Made by a program: the position numbers and the translations under genes
NCBI GenBank assembly: GCA_039589315.1
Contig: JBDHHQ010000070.1
Span: 1-24,359, forward strand
Reading direction: 5' to 3'
DNA from: Gemmatimonadota bacterium
GTDB taxonomy: Bacteria; Gemmatimonadota; Gemmatimonadetes; Longimicrobiales; Gaopeijiaceae
DNA: 24,359 nucleotides
Shown: in pieces, positions 1 to 6,655 of the stretch
How the letters are laid out: each line of letters begins with the position of its first letter
Numbering within the stretch: position 1 is the stretch's first letter
The notes under the pieces: generated by a model
What the model was told of the DNA's origin: nothing
Databases searched by the model: none
The model's input: the letters and a program-made list of their open reading frames with translations, nothing else

Positions 1-720
1 GACCACATCGCTGACCGCCCCGGTGTTGCCGAGGCGTCCGTCGGATCCGAAGCCCCAACAATACCCGTCACCCGCCATGGTCAGTCCGCAGGTGTGGGCG
101 ATGCCGGCCGAGATTTCGGCCCAGGACAGGCCTCCGCTCACCAGGGTCGGCCTTAGCTGGTTCGTGCCTGAGCCGGTGCCGAGCTGTCCCGAGCCTCCAC
201 CACCCCAGCAGAACCCTTCTCGCTGCGTCGTTAGCCCGCACGAGTGCCAGTAACCTGTCCCGATCGTGGCGAAGTCGTGACTGCCGCTGACGAGGACCGG
301 GGTGAGATGATCTGTCGTCGAGCCATTACCCAGTCGCCCCCGCGCCCCGAATCCCCAGCAGTACGCGTCGCCGGCGGCAGTCACGGCACAGGTATGTGTG
401 CGGCCGGTGGCGATCGACGCGAAAGCCGGTGCGCCGATGACACGCACCGGCACGAGCCGGTCGGCCGTGGATCCGTTACCGAGCTGTCCGAGGTCGCCGG
501 ATCCCCAGCAGTACGCGTCGCCCGTAACCGTTACGCCACAGGTGTACTCACTGCCGGCTGAGAGCATGTCGAAGACCAGCTCGCCACTGACAGGAACCGG
601 GGTCAGCCTGGCCTCCGTGAATCCGTCGCCGAGCTGTCCCCGGTCTCCGGCGCCCCAGCAGTATGCCTCACCCGCCGTCGTTATGCCGCAGGTGTGTGAC
701 TCTCCAGACGATACTTGTGC
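1..720 (-). repeat. Coding tandem repeat with 150-bp period (RCC1 blades; four complete units and a partial fifth)
   Basis: CWG codons recur every 150 nt (Cys codons at 58-60, 208-210, 358-360, 508-510, 658-660). The 22-mer ATCCCCAGCAGTACGCGTCGCC is identical at 351-372 and 501-522. GAGCTGTCC occurs at 181, 481 and 631. Confidence 0.9.
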
Positions 721-1617
721 CCAAACCACGGTCCCGGTCTGTATCGTCACGGTCACGGCCCCCGAGACCCCACCGCCTGGTTGGGGGCTCTGCACCGTAA
801 CCTGGGCGGTGCCCGCGTCGGCGATGTCACTGGCCAGAATGGAAGCGCGCAGGCGTTGCGAGTCCACGTACGTGGTGGAGCGTCCGTCGCCATTCCACCT
901 GACCTCGGACGCCGGCACGAATCCAGATCCGTCCACCGTGAGCTCGAACGCCTCTCCCCCGGCCATGACGTTTGGCGGATCGACGGACGTGATGATCGGT
1001 CCAGGATTGACGATCTGGGTCGAGCCAGTCGAGCTGGGCCGTCCGGCGTTGCCGAATCGCGTCACGGCGCGCACGCGGATGTAGTGGCTTCCGGGCGCCT
1101 GCACGGTGATGTCGGTGGAGGTAGCGTCAAGCTCGATCACGGTCGGGCTCGTGAAGCCCCCGTTGTCGTCCCACTCGAGTCGATACTCGTCTGCGCCCGG
1201 GACCGGATTCCATGCAACGTCCATCGTTTGCCCGAGCTGCAACTCGGCATCCAGGGCATGGAGGACGGGAATGAAGTCGGTGCGTACCACGGTCACAGGC
1301 GTGTTCGCGCCGGCGGTAACGTTGATCCCACCACGCTCTCCGTACGACTCGACTTCGCCGGCGATCAACCCTTCGACGGCCACCGTGTAGGTGCCTGGTA
1401 CGAGGCCCGAGATGGTTTCCGTCGTCCCAGGGGTGACGAGAACGACTCTCGGGGTCGGCCCCTCGATGTGGATGCGGCCTTGATCGGGCGTCGACGTAAG
1501 CCCGCCGGCTGCCACCACGTGAAGCGACAGGCTTGCCGTGGGGGCGAGGTCCGCAACGGTCGAATCGCAGGCCCACAGACAGAAAGGCAGGGTTACAGCC
1601 CAGCGGAGATGACGTAT
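1..1617 (-). CDS. Lipoprotein with Ig-like, FN3-like and IPT/TIG-like domains and RCC1 repeats; 3' end truncated by the window edge
   Basis: Translated by hand: the minus-strand frame is open from 1617 to 1 (absent from the ORF track). N-terminus (M)RHLRWAVTLPFCLWA-C has a lipobox-like LWAC. Then GLVPGTYTV (Ig/PEGA-like), VAWNPVPGADEYRLEW...YIRVRAV (FN3-like), ITSVDPP...LTVDGSGF...VRWNG...AGTAQVTV (IPT/TIG-like), and ~50-aa repeats HTCGITTAGEAYCWGAGDRGQLGDG (RCC1 consensus). GGAGG lies at 1626-1630; the apparent start codon is ATA. Confidence 0.88.
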   Translation of the reverse strand, partial: MRHLRWAVTLPFCLWACDSTVADLAPTASLSLHVVAAGGLTSTPDQGRIHIEGPTPRVVLVTPGTTETISGLVPGTYTVAVEGLIAGEVESYGERGGINVTAGANTPVTVVRTDFIPVLHALDAELQLGQTMDVAWNPVPGADEYRLEWDDNGGFTSPTVIELDATSTDITVQAPGSHYIRVRAVTRFGNAGRPSSTGSTQIVNPGPIITSVDPPNVMAGGEAFELTVDGSGFVPASEVRWNGDGRSTTYVDSQRLRASILASDIADAGTAQVTVQSPQPGGGVSGAVTVTIQTGTVVWAQVSSGESHTCGITTAGEAYCWGAGDRGQLGDGFTEARLTPVPVSGELVFDMLSAGSEYTCGVTVTGDAYCWGSGDLGQLGNGSTADRLVPVRVIGAPAFASIATGRTHTCAVTAAGDAYCWGFGARGRLGNGSTTDHLTPVLVSGSHDFATIGTGYWHSCGLTTQREGFCWGGGGSGQLGTGSGTNQLRPTLVSGGLSWAEISAGIAHTCGLTMAGDGYCWGFGSDGRLGNTGAVSDVV

Positions 1618-1674
1618 CGCGGCACCCTCCGAGCGGGGGACTGAAGCGTGCCGTCACGGGCCGTACCGAATAGT

Positions 1675-1722
1675 CGGGTCGGAGGTGGGGAGATGCAACC
1701 CCACCGCTCCTCCGGCGACCCG
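1675..1722. other. Imperfect intergenic stem-loop between the pseudoprotease and lipoprotein genes
   Basis: CGGGTCG (1675-1681) pairs with CGACCCG (1716-1722), GGAGG with CCTCC, and GGTGGGG with CCCCACC around an 8-nt or smaller loop. There is no clear U-tract. Confidence 0.5.
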
Positions 1723-1759
1723 GTGCAGGGCATGGCCCCGAAGGGCTCCAGTCGACGCC

Positions 1760-3115
1760 TCAGCGGCCCCCCAGCGGAAAGGTGATCGTGATTCCGCCGG
1801 TGGTGGGCGACGGCGGCGAGGGGGAGGTGCCGCTATCACTACTGCCGCCACCCAGAGCCACGGCCGCGCCAGCAGCAGCCCCCGCACCCAGGGCTATCCA
1901 GAGCCACGTGGGCGCTCCTCCACCCGAGTCGCCGAGGGCGACCTGATCCTCGCGGGCCTGCTCGAGAAGGTCCTGGACCATGGAGATGGGGATGACGTGG
2001 GCGGGATCGATGACGATCCCAAGAAGCGCGCCGTCTCGATCAACGAGAGGCGCACCGGCCGCGTCGGTCGGCAGCGTGGTCGCGAGGGTCAGGGGTTCCC
2101 CTGGCCGGGTGTTCCATTCGGTCAGTCGGGTCCGCGCCGAGGCCGAGGCTGAGCACCCCGCGTAGTGAACGGCCCAAGCATACTGGTCCTCCCGAGGGAG
2201 GGGAGCTTGCGGGATGGCCCCAGTCTCACCCTCGAGCCGGAGCACGGCCACATTGCGCGACGGATCGCTGGAAGCCACGGGTACGTCGGCATGTGTCTCC
2301 TGGCCCGCAAAGGCCACGATATCCACACCATCCACCGCGCCCGCCACGGAAAGGGCGGTAAGTACGAGGCCGTCAGGCCCGGCAATGAAGCCGGTGCCAC
2401 AGACTCTTCTGTCGGCGACGGTCCGGTCGACGCGTACGAGCCACTGGCTCACGAGGTCCTCGGCCTCGGCCGACAGCAAAGGGGCGAGTCCGACATCGAG
2501 AATCGTCGTCACCCCGGGGAGGACCTCACGGGTGACAGTGGCGGGCTCATGCCCGTCGGCGGAAGCGACCAGCTCGTAGGTCCCGGGGGGTAGCGCCACG
2601 GGGCCAGGGCCGGGTGTTGCGTCGTGACCCTCGATCCTGACGCTCAAGCGAACCGCCGGATCTACGGAACGGATCTCGAGGACGCCCTCTGCCTCCGCGT
2701 CGAAGCTGATCGGCCAGCGCCATGACGTGTTGGCCGGAATTCGCTCGCCGGCCTGTGCGGCCACCGAGGACAAAACGGCATCGTACGCGTCGATGACGGC
2801 TGGCAGATACCGCGACCTGTCGATTGACCACTCCGAACCATGGCGCGCCGCCCACCGAAGCCAGACAGCAGCGAGCTCGGCCTTATCGAGGCTGACGAGC
2901 AACTGCGCCATGTCCAGGACCGCCACACCCCAGACGCTGTCCGGCTCGGCCCTCGTGGGGTCGGTCGCCGACAGCAGCAGGTTCAGCGCAAGCGAATCGC
3001 TGAATTCGTTTCTCGCCTCTTCGATCAAGGTGGCGCGGTCTGCCTGCGCATCCACCGGCACGGCTAGAGCAAAGAGAGCGACGGCCAGTCCTGTGGAAAC
3101 GAGCATTCTGGTCAT
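1760..3115 (-). CDS. Secreted protein: helical N-domain, PEGA-like domain, catalytically degenerate trypsin-like (S1/HtrA-type) domain and C-terminal hydrophobic segment
   Basis: Signal peptide MTRMLVSTGLAVALFALAVPVDA-Q. PEGA-like LPPGTYELVASADGHEP. Trypsin-like GTGFIAGPDGLVLTA...AGAPLVDRDGALLGI. Tail WLWIALGAGAAAGAAVALGGG. The ATG at 3115 overlaps the kinase stop (TGATG), so it is preferred over the GTG at 3118. Confidence 0.85.
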   Translation of the reverse strand: MTRMLVSTGLAVALFALAVPVDAQADRATLIEEARNEFSDSLALNLLLSATDPTRAEPDSVWGVAVLDMAQLLVSLDKAELAAVWLRWAARHGSEWSIDRSRYLPAVIDAYDAVLSSVAAQAGERIPANTSWRWPISFDAEAEGVLEIRSVDPAVRLSVRIEGHDATPGPGPVALPPGTYELVASADGHEPATVTREVLPGVTTILDVGLAPLLSAEAEDLVSQWLVRVDRTVADRRVCGTGFIAGPDGLVLTALSVAGAVDGVDIVAFAGQETHADVPVASSDPSRNVAVLRLEGETGAIPQAPLPREDQYAWAVHYAGCSASASARTRLTEWNTRPGEPLTLATTLPTDAAGAPLVDRDGALLGIVIDPAHVIPISMVQDLLEQAREDQVALGDSGGGAPTWLWIALGAGAAAGAAVALGGGSSDSGTSPSPPSPTTGGITITFPLGGR

Positions 3116-5949
3116 CACGGATTCCTCGAGGGCATCGGGATGTTGAGCTGAGTCGCCTGCTCAGATCTGATCGTGAACGTGGTGTCCACCGTGGCGCGCT
3201 CGGGGTTCTCCAAAGTCAGTCGGTGCTCACCCGGCGGCAGCAGCATGCGGAGCCGTTGCCTCTGTCCCTGCGACTCCCCGTCAACGAAGACGTTGGCCCA
3301 GGGATCTACGATCAGGAGAAACGTTCCTGCGGTGGGCGGTGGTTGGGCCGGGTCGCGGTCGGGGTCCTGAATCGGGCGCCCGTCTTCGATGGGAACGGTG
3401 TTTGGCGCCTCGGTCGTCCGGGGAGCTTCCCGCTCCTCGAGAGGAGGCTCGGGCGACCCGTCCGCCCGCCCTCCAGGCTCGCCGGCACCCGGCCCGCCGG
3501 AGGCCTGCGGCGAGCTGCCCCTGGAGTCATCGTCCGCCACGACGCCGGGCGGCCGGACGTGAACGGTTAGTCGGCTTACGATGTCGTCGACGGTGACCGT
3601 GATCTCCGTCGAGCCCGGAGCCAGGGCGGTCAGCACGCCGCTCCTGTCCAGGGTCACGATCGACGGATCCAATGAGGCCCAAGCGACACTCGCATCCGGG
3701 ATCGGCGAGCCGTCCGCCGCCGCCACCGCCGCGGCGAGCGGAAGCCGATCGCCCGGAGAAACGGTGAGGCCGAGCGCTCCCACGACTTCGTCATCCGGAC
3801 TGCGGACCGACACTTCCGCCACAGCGTCCCCGGCGTCGAACCAGACCCGCTGCCCCAGCCACAGGGCGGCCACGGCCGTGAGCAGTGCGAGGGGAGTCAT
3901 TGCCAGGACCATGCGACGGCGTGCTCGATCGGGAGGGGATTCCCGACGGCTCCCCGGCTCCGGCAATGCGGCCACCGGATCCTCATCTAGGTCGCTGCCC
4001 TGCGACGAAGCAGGGGTGGACGGCTCCTTCCCGGCGCCGACTGCCTGCATGAAGGCGGCGATGGCGTCCTCGCGCATGGCCGTGTCAGGCCAACTCGTGA
4101 TGAAGTCCTCCGGTGGGGCCCCTGGCGCTGCTTCCGTCGTCGGCTCGCCGACTCTGCCGCCGTCACGTTCTTCATGGGGAACATCCGCCTCGACATCAGG
4201 GACTGCGGCGATCCCCGGGCCGGTCGCCGTCTCGACGACGCCAATGGTGGCGGTGGATGCCACGCCCTCGCAGTGCGCCAGGATCGTCGCGTTGCCGACG
4301 GCGTGTGCTTGGACGAGGCCCTGATCGCTCACGGTCGCCGTGCTCGGGTCACCGGAGGACCAGAAGACCGCCCGATCGAGGCTTTCGCCCCTCTTGCTCA
4401 GGGCCGCTGCCTCGAGCCGTACTCGTCGTCCGACAGGGATTTCGACGGTTGCGGGCACTAGCTCGAGGTAGGCGACACGCTCGGGTCGGACCTCGATCAG
4501 CACTGATTCGACAGCGGTTCCCGAGCGTGCGGTTACCGATGCCGATCCAACCCCAATGGCCACCAGCTCTCCGGTCGACGATTCGACTCTCAAGATCGAG
4601 GGATCAGTGGACTCCCAGCTCACGGGTTGATCCGCGGCCTCGGCCCCTTCTCCGCCCAGCACTGTCGCCCTCAGCACGAACGAGTCACCGGGTTCGATCT
4701 CCTGGGGCACCTGAAGGATGCGGAGCCAGGTGGGGGTCCTCTCGCCAAGCCCGGGAGAGAGCTCGCCGGGCGACGGGTCATCGACCTCTGGGGACCGCCG
4801 CCGCTTGGCCGTGATCCGCACCAAGCCGGCGAGCTCCCTCCGGACCGGCTCGTCAGTCGACACGGGCCCGATCCCCGCGGCTCTCAAGGCCTGGCCGATG
4901 TTTGGCCAACGGTCCGGCGGAGCTTTCGCCAACATGCGCTCGGTGGTCCTGGTCAGGTCTTCAGGGCAATCGGGACGGGCCTCGCTGAGGTCCGGAGGCG
5001 GGTGCGTGTTGTGGGCGACCAACACTCGGTAGGACGGGCCCGTAAACGGAGGGGCGCCAGTCAGCATCGAGTAGATGACGGTCCCGAAGGAGTATTGGTC
5101 AGAGGCCTGGTCGACCTCGTTCCCCCTGCACTGCTCGGGGCTCATGTACTCGGGCGTTCCCATGATGACGCCCGTCCGTGTCAGACCCGTCTTCGATTCC
5201 GACACCTTGGAGATGCCGAAGTCCATCACGAAGGCGTTGCCTTCGGTGTCCAACACGATGTTCGACGGTTTGATGTCGCGGTGGATGATGCCACGACCAG
5301 GCTGATGAGCGTATTCCAGAGCCGAGCCTACTTGGTAGGCGATCGCCTTGATGACGGGGATCGAGAGCGGGCCGTGGGTCCGGAGCACGTCGGAGAGCGA
5401 CGCCCCGTCGATATAGTCCATCACGAAATAGTGGATGTCCGCGGTGCGCCCGACACCGTAGACCGTAACGATGGATGGGTGACGGAGACGCGCGATCGTC
5501 CTGGCCTCACGGCGGAACCGCTCTACCATCGTCTCGTTGGCGAGCCAGTCGGGCGAGAGCACCTTGATGGCCACCAGTCGTTCGAGAGCCAGGTCCCTCG
5601 CCAGATACACGGTACCCATGCCTCCCCGACCCAGCTGTCGGATGAACACGTACTTACCCGCGTTCGCATCCCCGAGCTTCCGGAGGATTTCGGCCCAGAC
5701 CCCTGCCATCGGTGGCGCGGCGGCTGGGGCACCACAGACGCTACAAAACGCGTCTGTCGAGAGAATGAGGCTGTTGCAGCTAGGACACGTGACTCGGTCC
5801 ACAGTCGGGACCGTCTGCTTCACCAGCGTGGCGCGGGACGCGCCCGTGCTCGAGGCGCGGCTTCGGATCCTCGTCCCGCAGGCGCTGCAAAACGCGTCTT
5901 CTGCGAATAGCGGTTCGGCGCAGGCAGGACAGGATGCGGTGCGGTCCAT
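3115..5949 (-). CDS. Membrane Hanks-type Ser/Thr protein kinase with N-terminal double zinc ribbon, Big_2-like Ig domains, one TM helix and a C-terminal PEGA-like domain
   Basis: Kinase motifs LGRGGMGTVY, VAIK, HRDIKPSN, DFG, GTPEYMSPE and SDQYSFG are intact. CPAC..FCSAC and CPSC..FCSVC zinc ribbons. Three Ig-like units (WESTDPSILRV, WSSGDPSTATVS, WASLDPSIVTLD). RARRR followed by a hydrophobic helix. VDPWANVFVDG...PGEHRLTLEN. Confidence 0.95.
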   Translation of the reverse strand: MDRTASCPACAEPLFAEDAFCSACGTRIRSRASSTGASRATLVKQTVPTVDRVTCPSCNSLILSTDAFCSVCGAPAAAPPMAGVWAEILRKLGDANAGKYVFIRQLGRGGMGTVYLARDLALERLVAIKVLSPDWLANETMVERFRREARTIARLRHPSIVTVYGVGRTADIHYFVMDYIDGASLSDVLRTHGPLSIPVIKAIAYQVGSALEYAHQPGRGIIHRDIKPSNIVLDTEGNAFVMDFGISKVSESKTGLTRTGVIMGTPEYMSPEQCRGNEVDQASDQYSFGTVIYSMLTGAPPFTGPSYRVLVAHNTHPPPDLSEARPDCPEDLTRTTERMLAKAPPDRWPNIGQALRAAGIGPVSTDEPVRRELAGLVRITAKRRRSPEVDDPSPGELSPGLGERTPTWLRILQVPQEIEPGDSFVLRATVLGGEGAEAADQPVSWESTDPSILRVESSTGELVAIGVGSASVTARSGTAVESVLIEVRPERVAYLELVPATVEIPVGRRVRLEAAALSKRGESLDRAVFWSSGDPSTATVSDQGLVQAHAVGNATILAHCEGVASTATIGVVETATGPGIAAVPDVEADVPHEERDGGRVGEPTTEAAPGAPPEDFITSWPDTAMREDAIAAFMQAVGAGKEPSTPASSQGSDLDEDPVAALPEPGSRRESPPDRARRRMVLAMTPLALLTAVAALWLGQRVWFDAGDAVAEVSVRSPDDEVVGALGLTVSPGDRLPLAAAVAAADGSPIPDASVAWASLDPSIVTLDRSGVLTALAPGSTEITVTVDDIVSRLTVHVRPPGVVADDDSRGSSPQASGGPGAGEPGGRADGSPEPPLEEREAPRTTEAPNTVPIEDGRPIQDPDRDPAQPPPTAGTFLLIVDPWANVFVDGESQGQRQRLRMLLPPGEHRLTLENPERATVDTTFTIRSEQATQLNIPMPSRNP

Positions 5950-6014
5950 CCGTCTTCTCGAGCCCGGTTGGGCTCGCCAGTGAGGGTAGCCAACTCAGGT
6001 CGCTCGGCCTGAAA

Positions 6015-6023
6015 ATCATAGCA
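6015..6023 (-). promoter_or_regulatory. Putative extended -10 promoter element for the kinase gene
   Basis: Minus strand reads TGC-TATGAT (TGn-TAnnnT type) in an AT-rich patch about 65 nt upstream of the kinase ATG. No convincing -35 element. Confidence 0.5.
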
Positions 6024-6096
6024 TAAGTGTCTACGACCTACCCCGCGAGGTCCCCACGGCTGGTACGTCAGTCGCCGGCACCCCAGTAATACCGGC

Positions 6097-6125
6097 TTGA
6101 CAACTATAGGGATCGTCCCTATAAT
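6097..6125 (+). promoter_or_regulatory. Consensus sigma70 promoter for the PadR-permease operon
   Basis: TTGACA at 6097-6102, exactly 17 nt of spacer, TATAAT at 6120-6125: a perfect consensus in a strongly GC-rich background. Confidence 0.9.
6105..6123. promoter_or_regulatory. Palindromic operator candidate, probably bound by the PadR-family repressor
   Basis: Perfect inverted repeat TATAGGGA-TCG-TCCCTATA overlapping the spacer and -10 box, upstream of a PadR-family gene. Confidence 0.75.
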
Positions 6126-6295
6126 GAATCGGAGTCCCGGTAGGGGTCGGCGCGCACGAAGGCAGCGGACCCTGGCCCGCGGCGCAGCGAGGCGCCGCCC
6201 GGGAGGGTTCCACTGCGCGCGAGGCGTGAGCTGCCCGCTGGCGGCGCGCCCATCGCGAAGCCGGATCGCCCGGTACCTGGAGGAGAGGACGTCGT

Positions 6296-6655
6296 ATGTC
6301 GACTCAGGATCCCCAAGACCGCCTTCCGCTCACGCACCTGACCTACCACGTGCTTCTGGCCCTGGCCGACGCCGATCGTCACGGCTACGCGATCATCAAG
6401 GAGGTCGAGGCGCGGACCGACGGCCGGATGGAGCTGGAGACCGGCACGTTGTACGCAGCCTTGAAGCGGCTGAAGGACGACGGGTTCATAGAGAGCGTAC
6501 CGGCGTCCGCCAGGCCTCCCGGCGAGGATCGACGGCGGCGCACGTACCGACTCACGCCTCTGGGTCGGCGGGTGCTCCGGGCCGAGTCGGAGCGACTGGC
6601 CAAGGTGCTTGCCGTGGCACAGGAGAAGCACGTCCTCGCTGCGGGGCGCGGCTGA
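6296..6655 (+). CDS. PadR-family transcriptional regulator (winged HTH)
   Basis: VLLALADADRHGYAIIKEV...GTLYAALKRL...G...RRRRTYRLTPLGRRVL is the PadR signature. RBS GGAGGAG at 6279-6285. Confidence 0.95.
   Translation: MSTQDPQDRLPLTHLTYHVLLALADADRHGYAIIKEVEARTDGRMELETGTLYAALKRLKDDGFIESVPASARPPGEDRRRRTYRLTPLGRRVLRAESERLAKVLAVAQEKHVLAAGRG

Noticed and set aside
351..522. Exact 22-bp direct repeat with 150-bp spacing, considered as a possible CRISPR or DNA repeat
   Set aside because: The period is exactly 50 codons and encodes the GDAYCWG core of RCC1 repeats. The spacing is far too long for CRISPR and no cas genes are present.
23..1644. Plus-strand ORFs 23-253, 244-561, 398-1084, 715-1644 and 1106-1390
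   Set aside because: Antisense shadows of the minus-strand RCC1 lipoprotein (e.g. PQQYASP mirrors GDAYCWG).
4627..5910. 427-aa plus-strand ORF, and similar long opposite-strand ORFs at 7312-8763, 10856-11926 and 14784-16028
   Set aside because: These lie antisense to well-supported genes. Long stop-free shadows are expected with high GC3 codon bias, and they show no recognisable motifs.
6097..6654. 186-aa N-terminal extension of the permease in the ORF track (1113 aa)
   Set aside because: It starts at the TTG of the -35 box, overlaps the whole PadR gene and is Arg/Pro-rich noise. The ATG at 6655 is coupled to the PadR stop.
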